From assembly GCF_009914755.1 (NCBI RefSeq), contig NC_060931.1: a stretch of DNA of 64,000 nt; one strand, 5' to 3'. The notes under the pieces were generated by a model. The model was given only the letters and a program-made list of their open reading frames with translations, ran no database searches and was not told the DNA's origin. Below are positions 52,601 to 64,000 of the stretch, one piece after another; positions within the stretch are counted from its first letter, which is position 1, and each line of letters opens with the position of its first letter. Both the position numbers and the translations under genes were made by a program. This DNA comes from the human T2T-CHM13v2.0 reference genome, Homo sapiens.

Positions 52601-53760
52601 GGCTGCCTCACCCTGCCCTTGGCTGGGGTGCTCAGGAGAGATGGCGGGCCCCTGGGAGGACGGAACTCAGGCGCTGCCTGGTTCCGACAGGCAGGTTCTC
52701 CAGGAGGCTACAGCTCTTCTTCCCAGGTGTGTGGGCCAAGCGGCCACTCCTGCAGCATGGGGATGGATCATTTGGTTAGACTCTCTGGGGAAGCGGAGCA
52801 GGCTGCCTGTGCATGTGCACACGTATGCGAGCATGTGTCTCCCCGAGAACACCAGGCCCACCAGCTATGGCTTCTCCCTCCTTCCACCTTTCTTTGTGAC
52901 CTTGGGCACTCTTTGATGGCAGATAATTTCCTCTTCCAGTGCGGAATGCCCTGATGTTAAACTATTAGCTAATATCCTGGGCACCCATTCACACATCTGC
53001 TGGGCTGAGTTGTGTGGGGAGGCTCAGAGCTGAGGATGTGGGAAGCACCTGAAGCAAGAGCAGACAGGCTGGGGGGACAATGAGGCCCATGGGCCGAGGG
53101 GGCATGCCAACACCTGTATGGACATACAGCCCTGGGTGACCCCAGACCATGCATTTCTGTGTTTTCTAAGTGAAAAAAAAAAAAAAAAAAGCCCAACTCA
53201 CTCTGCAGAAAATTCGCTCTTCTCATAAGGGGCCTTCACCTCTAGGACTTAGCCACACGGTCCCTGAGGGAGACACACTGTGTGATTTGAATAGCATGGA
53301 AGGGCTGTAGAGACCCAAAGCCCACCCTGGTCCTGGCCTCGGCTCCCAGACACTCCACAAACATCTCCCAAGCCTGTTGGCCTCACTGAACGTGGGCCCA
53401 AACCAGTCATAAGAACACAGCAGGACCCGTGCTTGTCTGGAGGGCTGGGCAGGCAGGGCAGAGGTTTGACGGTGGGCGCCCAAGACAATGTGCCTGGCGA
53501 TATTTCTCACGTAGCTCCTTCCACATCTCCCTGCCGTGGGGCTCCTTCTTTCCCTGGACTTCTAAGCACTTCAGGCCTTCCCTGGCCACCTTTAGGAAGG
53601 ATGCAGAAAGTACTACTGAAGTCAACTAAACATCACTTCCATAAATGACGGGGCACAGGTTTCCTGAGGATCCACTTTCCACACTGTGCTTATCCTGTTT
53701 CCCGGTTCTCTGCTCCTTTCCAAATTTTGGAGTGACAGCAGCTTGTGAAAAAAACAAGAC

Positions 53761-54110
53761 GGCCGGGATCACCCGTGTAATCCCAGCACTTTGGGAGGCC
53801 GAGGTGGGTGGATCACCTGAAGTCAGGAGTTTGAGACCAGCCTGGCCAACATGGCGAAACCCTGTCTCTATTAAAAATACAAAAAATTAGCCGGGCATGG
53901 TGGCACATGCCTGTACTACCAGCTACTCGGGAGGCTGAAGCCGGAGAATCACTTGACCTGGGAGGCGGAGCACTGCACTGCACTCCAGCCTGGGCGACAG
54001 AGCGAGACTCCATCTCAGAAAGAAGGAAGGAAGGGAGGGAGGGAGGGAGGGAGGGAGGGAAAAGAAAAGAAAAGAAAAAAGAAGGAAGGAAGGAAGGAAG
54101 GAAACAAAAC
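53761..54110 (+). mobile_element. AluS with small internal deletions and a tail converted to (GGAA/GGGA/GAAAA)n
   Basis: Alu body 53761-54017 followed by a purine microsatellite. Confidence 0.92.
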
Positions 54111-54279
54111 AGTTACAGAACAAGACTTTTCAGAATTTAATTGCCAGGCTGTACGTAGGACTACACGAAGAGCCTCCCTCCTCTTCTGACCCTGGATGTC
54201 TCTTAACCATAAAGCAACCTGGGTTTCCCTTTCTCTCTCCTTGTTGCCTTGAGCGACTCCCACCCCTTCACCCACCAGC

Positions 54280-54410
54280 TGTAATGCGACACCCTCCTCT
54301 CCGGCCTTCTTCTAATGCCACGCCCTCCCCGCCCGCCTTCCTCTAATGCCTCGCCCTCCTCGCCAGGCTTCCTCTAATGCCACACCCTCCTCGCCAGCCT
54401 TCTTCCCGGC
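54280..54410. repeat. Degenerate ~32-bp minisatellite x~4
   Basis: cttcctctaatgcc.c.ccctcc repeated. Confidence 0.8.
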
Positions 54411-54598
54411 TGCCTCTCCTCCCGCCAGGAATTCTTCAGTGCTTCTGACCCTCACGTGGACCATTTCAACACCTCCCTCCTCGGCACAACAGATTATTTT
54501 TAGAAGTAACCACAGATAATCAGCAATAATCTTTACTCCCTTGATTTGTTCTTTAGAGTCAAAGCAAGTAACATTTTTAAAAGAAGAACACATTTTCA

Positions 54599-54992
54599 AA
54601 ATGTGGCACATATACACCATGGAATACTATGCAGCCATAAAAAATGATGAGTTCATGTCCTTTGCAGGGACACAGATGAAGCTGGAAACCATCATTCTCA
54701 GCAAACTATCGCAAGGACAAAAAAACCAAACACCGCATGTTCTCACTCATAGGTGGGAATTGAACAATGAGAACACATGGACACAGGAAGGGGAACATCA
54801 CACACCAGGGCCTGTTGTGGGGTGGGGGGAGGGGGGAGGGATAGCATTAGGAGATATTCCTAATGTTAAATGACGAGTTAATGGGTGCAGCACACCAACA
54901 TGGCACATTTATACATATGTAACTAACCTGCGTGTTGTGCACATGTACCATAAAACTTAAAGTATAATAAAAAAAAATCTATCTTGAAAAAA
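54599..54992 (+). mobile_element. 5'-truncated L1PA (PA4-like)
   Basis: ORF2 end and complete 3' UTR with poly-A; 15-bp TSD aagaacacattttca at 54584 and 54993. Confidence 0.95.
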
Positions 54993-55375
54993 AAGAACAC
55001 ATTTTCATTTTAAATATATGATTCAAGTTCAGGGAAATATCTCATGTCTGAATAACAATTTGTAATTACCAAACAAAAATATTCTACCTCCACAGGTTTG
55101 CCATTTCACTGTTTTAAATTTTAAATGAAATTGAAAACTACAAATGTTTGAAACTCAAGTTTCGTATCTTCGTCTTTCTGATGGGTATGTCATGATTGTT
55201 TATTCTGAATTGACTATTTAAATGCAGAAGTTGGAGATGTGACTTCACCCAAAGCCAACTCAAAGGTTCTGAACGATTAAAAACCTGCCCATTGGGTCAG
55301 GAGCCCACCTTGTGAAAGGCAATTCTCCAAATTAACTTCCATGTAAATAAAATGATTAATTAAGAATAAGTGATA

Positions 55376-55774
<399 letters not shown>

Positions 55775-55949
55775 TTAGTGGAGGTCTTTAAGTCATTGCC
55801 AGTGTTCAGAATTGCAGGCGCACAGTACTAAGGACGGCAGGCTCACTCCCCCTTGGCATTACAGTGATTGTAAATTCTCCACAAACAAGGCACCTATGCC
55901 ATGCACTGGAGGGGAGGGGAGCACTCCCACCGCCGGCCCATGGCCACTC

Positions 55950-56420
55950 ACCTGGCTGCCACGCTCATCTTCCTGATGCTCGTCTCTGAGCCTTCAAGAA
56001 ACCACTTTTACCCATCACATCAAATCCAGATTTTACAGCTCCAAGTCAAGAGTTTCCAGCCAGACATCATCCCTCCAAGCACATCTGCTGCTCTCCGCCC
56101 TTTGCCCGTGTCCCCCGGGGCAGCCTGTCTCCTTGGCATCCCTCCACCAGCCTTATTCTCTTATTTACCTGAGAAGTCCTCTCATCTCTGCACCTCCCCG
56201 ACCCTAACTCTGCCTTGTCTTAAGAGACCGTCTCTGTGTCCTTCCTCTGCTCTCTTGTTTCTTTGGACAATCGCTTTGGTAAGTGATTGCATATCTTACA
56301 TACTATCTGTGTTACAGGTGTATATAAATATTTCCCCTCCATAAAAGGATAGGCACCATCAATATTTATTTTAGATGGTGCACATAACCTAATACACATC
56401 TAGATACAAAATAGGTACTT
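55950..56420 (+). mobile_element. L2 LINE 3' fragment
   Basis: caaatccagatttt..; cacataacctaatacac..ataggtactt; pyrimidine-rich L2 pattern. Confidence 0.5.
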
Positions 56421-56989
56421 AGGGAACTTAATCCTAATATGTTGAGCCAAAGACATTTGAAGAAAATATGAGCATTTGGGAAAAACATCACCCCTTCACT
56501 GGATTTCTGCCACTAGGTGGTCCATCACAAAGCACTTAAACCTCATAGTACCTCAGTTTCCCCCTTCAGAAAACTGAAATGATAATATTTACCTCCCAGG
56601 GCTTAATTAATATTTGCAAGTTACTTTGAAATCCTGAGATGAAAGGAGATACACCAGGCAAAACCTCATCCACATTTTTGAATCTATCATTATAGTTATG
56701 GCTGTTGTTCATAAAGATTATTATTATCACCAATCATCATCATCATCATCGGAGGGGTGTTGTGGGATCTTTTCATTGGATCCCTGGTACCTCTGGACGC
56801 AGGGCTAGGGGGTTAGAGAGAATGCAAATCCCGGATCTGCCCAGACAGTGTCGGAGGGAAGTGTGCATCTCCCCAGCACACAGATAAGGACATCCAAAAT
56901 GTTACCTCGGCCATTGTATTCTCCAGCTAGAAATCTTCAGTGGTTCCCTTGGGATGCCTATAGGAAGCCCACAGAGAAGGAGGACCCTG

Positions 56990-57150
56990 CACTTTGGATC
57001 AGCCTGGATCCAAATCCCTAGGTCCTGACTCTCACTACTGAGCTGTCTTGCAAGCAGCACATCTCTCTGGGACTCAGCCTGCTCATCTGTAAAATTGGGA
57101 TGATTATGTCTACCTTGTGAGGCAATGTGAGAACCAGCAGTAATGTGTGC
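56990..57150 (+). mobile_element. MIR SINE
   Basis: ctcagcctgctcatctgtaaaattgggatgatt. Confidence 0.7.
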
Positions 57151-57200
57151 AAATCATACATTAAATTTTAAAACAATAGAAAAGGCACAATGTGCAAACC

Positions 57201-57403
57201 CTGTAACTGACTGAGAGAGGGCACAGCCTCTGCATTTGGATGACCTGAGTCTGAATCATGCCCAGCCGCTGTAACTGACTGAGAGAGGGCACAGGCTCTG
57301 CATTTGGACGACCTGAGTCTAATCCTGCCCAGCCGCTGTAACTGACTGAGAGAGGGCACAGGCTCTGCATTTGGATGACCTGAGTCTGAATTCTGCCCAG
57401 CCA
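57201..57403 (+). repeat. 67/68-bp unit x3, derived from a MIR 5' head
   Basis: ctgtaactgactgagagagggcacag.ctctgcatttgga.gacctgagtct at 57201, 57269, 57336; MIR-like body follows. Confidence 0.9.
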
Positions 57404-57636
57404 CTGTTGGATGTGTGGCTGTGGGGAAGCCCTGAAACAGTCTGGGTCCCACCTGTAGATAGAAATGAGAGTAATACCTGTCTCATAAAGGAAGTTAATG
57501 CAAATGGTGAAAATGTTGCTGTTGTTAACTATCATTATCATTATCTTCATCACTTAGGGCTCAGTGCAGGATGCAACTCATACTCAAGGGTACGCAAATA
57601 GCAATTATTGATAAAAGTTAAACATCTCAATTTTAG

Positions 57637-59810
57637 GCCAGTACCATGCTATTTTAATTACTACAGCTTTAGAGTTTGAACTCAGGTAATGTGATGCCTC
57701 CAGCTGTTTGTTTGTTTGTTTGTTTTGCACAAGATTGCCTTGGCTATTCAGGATTTCAGGGGAGTTGTTCCTATGAATTTTAGGATTGAATTTTTCTGTT
57801 TCTGTGAAAAATGACATTGGAATTTTGATAGGGATTGCACTGAATCTGTAAATCGCTTTGGGTAGTATGGATGTTTTAACAACATTATTAACTCTTCCGA
57901 TCCATGAACATGTATCTTTCCATATGTTCACATCTTCTTTAATCTCTTTCTCCAAAGCTTTATAATTTTTAGTGCATGGATCTTTCACCTCCTTTGTTAA
58001 ATTTATTTCTAAACATTTTAATTTTTGGAGCTGTTGTAAATGTGATTTGTTTTCCTGATTTCTTTCTTGGATAGTTTGTTGTTACTATATGGAAATGGTA
58101 CTAAATTCTGCATGTAGATTTTGTATCCTGCAACTTTCCTGTACTTATTAGTTCTAACAGGTTTTTTTTGTGTGTGGAATCTTTAGGGTTTTCAGCATAT
58201 AAAATCATGTTGCCTGCAAACAAGCATAATTTGGCTTTTTCCTTTGCAATTTAGATGCCCTTTATTTCTTTCTCTTGCCTAATTGCTCTGGCTAGGGCTT
58301 CTAGTGCTTATTGGAAAGCAGCGGTGAGAGTGGACATCCTTGTCTTGTTCCCGATCTTAGAGGAAAAGCTTTTAAGTTTTCACCATTCAATGCAAATGTT
58401 AGCTGTTGGCTTGTTATATCCTTTATTGCACTGAGGTACATTCCTTCCACATAAAAACAGACATGTCAACCAATGGAAGAGAATAGAGGCCCAATATGAA
58501 CCCATGGATTTATTGTCAATTGATTTTCAACAAAGGTACTCAGAATACACAATGGAAAAAGCACAGTCTCTTCAACAGAGCATGTTGGGGAAACAACACC
58601 CACATGCAGAAGAATGAAATTGGACCCTTATTGCTCACCATATATCTCTCACACTTTATCCACAACACAATCTCAACAAAAACCAACTCAAAATGGATTA
58701 CACACTTAAATGTAAGGCCTGAAACTACAACTACTATAAGAAAACATAGGGGAAAACCTATATCACATTAGTCTGGACAATGATTTTTGAATTTGACCCC
58801 AAAAGCTCAGACAATAAAACCAAAATAGACAAATGGGATTACATTGAACTAAAAAGCTTCTACGCAGTAAAGGAAATAATTAACTGAGTGAAGAGCTAAC
58901 CCACAGAATGGGAGAAAATACTTGTAAGCCATACACCTGATAAGGGATAAATATCTAAAATATATAAGGAACCCAAAGTACTCAACACCAAGGTAACAAC
59001 CCACTAAAAATGGGCAAAGGACCTAAGTGTACATTTCTCAAAAGAAGATATACAGGTGGTCAACTGATACATAAAACATTCTCAACATCATTAATCATTA
59101 GAAAAATGCAAATTAAAACCAGAAGATACCACTTCACCATGAATGATTGTTATCAAAAAGATGAAAGACAGGTGTTGACGAGGATGTGGAGAAAAGAGGA
59201 TTCTTGTACATCGTTGGTCGAAGTGTGAATTAGTACAGCTGTTATGGAAAACAGTATGGAGCTTCCTCAAAAAAACTAAAAAGGGAACCACCGTACCATC
59301 CATCAATTCCACTTCTGGGTATACACCCAAAGGATTTGAAATCAGGATGTTTAAGAGCTATCTACACTTCCATGTTCATTGAGTGCTATTTACAATAGCC
59401 AAGTTATCATATCAGTCCAAGTGTCTGGCAATGAATGAATGGATAAAGAAAATGTGGTATATACGCGATTTGGCCTTTTAAAAAAAGAGGAAGATTATGT
59501 CATTTGTGACATCATGGACCTGGAGGACATTATGGTAAGTGAAATAAGCATAAAGACAAATGCCACTTGTTCTCACTCCTATGCAGAGGATAAAAAGGCC
59601 AAACTTGTAGAAGAAGAGTAGAAGTGTGTTTACCAGAGTCTGGGGACTGGGGTCAATGGGTAAGTGTTGATCAAAGGGTGTGAAGTTTCAGTTAGACAAG
59701 GAATAAGTGATGAGTATTTGAGGTGAAGGACATATTAATTGTCTTGATTCAATCTTTCTGCAAGGTACACATATATTATAGCATCACATTGTACCCCCAT
59801 AATCTATAAT
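57637..59810 (+). mobile_element. L1MA-type LINE with 5' inversion (inverted 57637-58450; sense 58451-~59810)
   Basis: Antisense ORF2 (CSWIGRVN..KAIYRFSAIPIKIP) followed by sense ORF2 end and L1MA 3' UTR. Confidence 0.92.
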
Positions 59811-61509
59811 CTGGCCCCAAAGAGCAGTGGCTTGGGGGTAAAGACCCTGGGTTCCAGCTTGCTTCTAACCCCATCAACCTTTGAACAAATGACCTGGCTG
59901 TGCTTCAGTCCATAAAACTTCAGGGCTATGTTACCCTTAAGCTGGGAAGGCCATTGCTTCTAGGACTTGTCCTCTATCGCTTCCTTACACAAACACTTCA
60001 GCCAGAACACAATCCCAACACTGCCCCAATAAATTGCACACTCGATTGTCCTAGACATTTGCTGATGATCTGATGCCTCCTCCCTGTCCTGAGGGGTCTT
60101 GCCACATCCTTTCCAGGTATACAGGACTCCTCCTTCAGGTCCAGCTTTTCCCGCCTTCCCTGGTTTTCCTTGAGGACCCCACCTCCAATGTTTGCCTCAT
60201 TCACAGGCTCTCAGGGGTCCCTGCCACCTCCTTCCCTGGCTCTCATACCTGACCCACAGTGGGTCCTGATTCGTGATCACCCTAACCTGAGCAAAGAAAC
60301 TGCCTGTGTCCAATGGTACTGAACACACAGCTGGGATTAACATGCCCGTGCTTCTGCCTGGAATGGAGTTCATTCCTTTTGTTCACATGGAGAACACCAG
60401 TGTTTTCTTCAAGACCCTCTTCAAACCGTGTTTCTTTCCAAAACCTTCTCTTATCCCAGCAGCAAGGATCAACTTATCCATGTGCCTAAATCTTTCCCTC
60501 CAATGCTGGACACGCCCGCTCTGCAGTGCGGATCCTGAGACACGTGAGGAAATGGTGCCTGACTCAGGAAGCCGCACTCCGTGCGCAAGGTGCTGGCTGC
60601 AGCCAGTTCTTAGCAACTCTGCGGCCACTAGTGGAACTGGAGAGTGGGGGAGTGAGTGAAATTTTTTCCTACTAAGTTCTTTTAATTAAAAGGATAGTTT
60701 GATCAGTTTATAAGTCTTTGCTTATGGGCCAAGAACAGGCAAACATTGCAACCTCTGATAACAGATGCCACTTCAGAATCCCAGATCCCAGGCTTGAGGC
60801 TGGAGAGGCCTCAGATGGGTCCCCAGCTGCCATCCTCGTTTCTCAGGTGAGGAGAGTAGGGACCAAAGGCACCAAATGAGCTGTTCTAGGTCACGCTGGA
60901 CTCTGAGTTCTAGCTCATGTCTAAACTCTGGGCATCAAGCTTTCGAAGGTGGCTTCTGCGAGTGCACATGTAACAGGCCCACTAGACCCGGGAAGTGTCG
61001 CATACACAAGGTGAGGCGTTTTGGCCACATGCCGCAGGATGTGAGCTACTATCCCGCAGCCCTTACAGAGCTTGCATTTGCTGCTGGCACGAAGGCCAAA
61101 TTCCAGTCTCTTGTGATGCAGAAAGCACACATCTGAGAAGAAATAGACATTTCAGAGAGAAAGCTAATTCAGGGCTGCTAAAAGGTGTTTTGCTTCACAG
61201 TAATTACATAGCTCTGGAGCCTTTGAACTTCTGCAGGGTCTTTCATCAGTTTATGTGCAGTAAGAGTGAACGGCTGCATATCCTCTGGGGTAGATATTAT
61301 CACCGCTCCCGCAGCTGGGCAACTGGAGACAGAGAGGAAGCGGCTTGGCAGCTGGGATGGAGGTGAGTGAGCCGATACCTGGATCTCAGTTATTCTGCCA
61401 AGAGCTCCTTCTGGACAAAATTGTCCTCAGGGTTCCATCCACCTCCTCCACAAGCCCAGCTCCCAGCTTCCTCCATCTGGGTCCAGAGCCTCAGTGGGGC
61501 CGCAGTGTG

Positions 61510-61760
61510 CTTTGGAGTGGTGGAGGCTTTGGAGTGGTCCAGACCTAGGTTCAGGCCAATCCTGCCTGTTTCCCAGCTAAGGGATCTGACGCATTTCCGC
61601 CCTGCACTAAGCCTTACCTGCTGCACTTGTGAAATGGAGCTAATAGTAAGTGTCTCAAATGAATGTTGCAAGGGTTATGCCAGGTAACTGAGCTAGGATA
61701 GTATCCTCACCTGGTAAGAACTCAGCCATGAACGCAGTAACTGCTGTTTAGTAATGACAA
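61510..61760 (+). mobile_element. MIR SINE
   Basis: ggctttggagtggtccagacctaggttc..tgtgaaatggagctaatagta..cctggtaagaactcag. Confidence 0.65.
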
Positions 61761-62099
61761 CAACAAAAACACCACCGGCAATGCATAGCCTTCCTCCAGC
61801 CCGGGGAGCCCGCGGCCCCTTCCCATCTCACCGTCCACTCCACTCCAATACTTTTCTGGAAGAGTCTTACGCTAGTGACACACCCGGCTACCTCCCTGGG
61901 GTGCTGCCGGGTGAACAGTTTACTCCATTACTTCATCTAAGACGAGGGACTGATGGGTAATCAGGCTGCAATGCGGCCCCAAAGCCCAGGAGCTCTGCCA
62001 TCCACGAGGCCTTCCTACAGCAGCTGGAGGAGTGAACGAGGCCAAATCCGGGGTGCCCTGGTGGGCAGAGAACACGTTTTCCTGCTTGTCTGCAGAGGG

Positions 62100-62760
62100 C
62101 AGCGGGTGGGACACTCCCAGCGGGGGGCAGTGGGTGCGGTGAAACATCCTGGGGGGGGGCGGAGGGAATGGGGGACAGTGTGTGGGGTGGAACGTTCCCA
62201 GTAGTGGGGGCAGAGCAGTGGGTGGTGTGGGACGCTCCCAGCGTGGGTAGGGGGGCAGTGGGTGGGGTGGGACGTTCCCAGCTGTGGGGGTGGTTGGGGG
62301 CAGTGGGGCAGTGGGTGAAGCAGGACGCTCCCAGCAGGGGGCAGTGTGTGGGGTGGGATGCTGGGGGGGTGGGCAGTGGGCGGGGTGGGATGTTTCTAGA
62401 GGGGGGCAGTGGGTGGGGCGGGACATTCCTGGGGGGACAGTGGGTGGGGTGGGAGGCTCCTGGGGGGATAGTGGGTGGGGTGGGAGGCTCCTGGGGGTGG
62501 GTAGTAGGCAGGGCGGGACATTCCTGGGGGGACAGTGGGCGGGGTGGGAGGCTCAGGTGGGGGAGGCAGTGGGTGGGGTGGGAGGCTCCTGGCGGGGTTA
62601 GTGGGCAGGGTGGGAGGCTCCTGGGGGGGGTAGTGGGCGGGGCAGGATATTCCCAGTGGTGGGCGGTGGGTGGGGTGGGACATTTCCAGCGGGAGGCAGT
62701 GTGTGGGGTGGGATGTTCCCGGCGGGAGGTCACTGGTCTGGGTGGGATGCTCCCAGCGGT
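62100..62760. repeat. G-rich degenerate minisatellite, ~31-bp unit x~20
   Basis: Consensus approximately ggggggcagtgggtggggtgggacgttcccag; strong G/C strand asymmetry. Confidence 0.93.
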
Positions 62761-64000
62761 CTTGCCAGGGACTCCATCCATGTTTCTTGATAGAAAGAAA
62801 AGAAAAGGAACTGAGATGGTCTAAGTGACTTTGCACTTTCACCTCTTTCTATTTCACGGGGTCACAGGTCAGGCGTCCGCAGCTTGTCCCGGGGGTAGGT
62901 GGAGGGCTCAACCTGTCCCTGCTCCTGGGGAGGGAACCCTTGTTGGGAACGTGGGGCCCCAGCTCCCCTCCTGCAGCCCATTGTGCCTCTCAGGCTTCCG
63001 GCAACCTGGTCCTCCTTGGTCCCCAGGGGGCTGACCTTGCCACTGAGTGGGGAAGCAGCTTCCGTCCCTCTTCAGCCCCTTCTCATCGACCCCTGGGGTC
63101 GATGCCGGAGAATCTACACCACGCAGGTGGCCCAGGACCCCTCTGCTGCCACCGGCTGACACCCTTAGAGTGTCGCAAACACCCTCCTCTGAAGTGGGGG
63201 CTCCCTGCTGCGCTGCAGGAAGAGGCTCCCCTCAGGGGTTCCTGCTCCTGGTGGCCTGGGACAGCTGTGCCTGAGCCAGAGCGGATGTCGGTGGGGAGTG
63301 GGCCCTGAGCCGTCCTGGGACCCGCCAGGACTGGAAGGGCAGTGGGGAGCACAGAGCAGACGCCTGCCCCACCCCTCCCCACATGGTCACTTTCTCTGGA
63401 AGCCCAGCCGGTCTCTGCAGGGAGCCCCGGCTCGGCAGTTCCAGCCTGGCTGGGAAAGCACAGTGTTGGGCCCGACTGCGTGTGGACACACCCTAAAAAA
63501 GGACACATTCCCACCCCCAGAGCCACTCACAGGGACAGGCCCTCCAGCTCTGCGGCGCTGCCTGTCCTTAGCGAGGCCTGGCCCCTTCCAGGCAAGGCAG
63601 GAGTGCTCTCCTCTCCATCGGTCGCCAGCCACTGCTCCAGGACTTTGCGGCTGGCTCTGTGTCCTCACCCTGCGTGAGGACAGCCGGCAGAGACAGAAAT
63701 GATGCTTGGACGCTATGGTGGCCAAAGCCCAGCGCGGCAGGTCCTTCTGAGATGTCTGCCTGCCGGGGCCTGCACGGCCACACAGATCAAACAACGTCCC
63801 TCCTTGAGGGGCTTAGAGGAGAGGTAGGGAGGTGGCCCCCAGCTTGCCCTCATGTAACCGTCAGCAATATCCATTTCAAGGCTTAATTGCTGAGAGCCTA
63901 AGCCCTGGAATCAGACAGCCGGAGGTGAACCCCGCCTTCCTCTCAGAGGGCGTCCTCAATTGGGTCCGTCCACCTTGCTGAGCACCAGCTTCCTGATCTG

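Noticed and set aside
61920-62842. Long Pro/His- or Gly/Trp-rich ORFs (up to 282 aa)
   Set aside because: They are a by-product of the stop-poor G-rich minisatellite and are open in several frames on both strands.

Overview
This is primate, most likely human, non-coding genomic DNA. It is rich in interspersed repeats: Alu, L1, MIR/L2, MaLR and ERVL elements, and Tigger/MER DNA transposons. It also carries an unusually dense set of GC-rich minisatellites and local duplications, which suggests a distal or subtelomeric location. I found no credible protein-coding exon, tRNA, rRNA or CRISPR array. The ORFs in the track are repeat-derived or chance ORFs in GC-rich DNA. I could not assign the locus or a gene name. 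The most notable structures are: (1) a 6-kb nested transposon stack with a decayed ERVL provirus and a full-length Tigger1; (2) three L1 copies with twin-priming-type inversions; (3) an L1 fragment bridging a deleted MaLR provirus through microhomologies; (4) a ~1.75-kb near-perfect 49-bp VNTR built from an older ~17-bp array; (5) a G-rich minisatellite with repeated kappaB-like motifs; (6) a MER53 hairpin related to miR-1302; and (7) an orphan CpG-rich TATA promoter-like element at ~36.7-37.0 kb, a candidate lncRNA start. I cannot support a new biological system here. Repeat subfamily calls come from recalled consensus sequences and need RepeatMasker/Dfam confirmation; boundaries are approximate.
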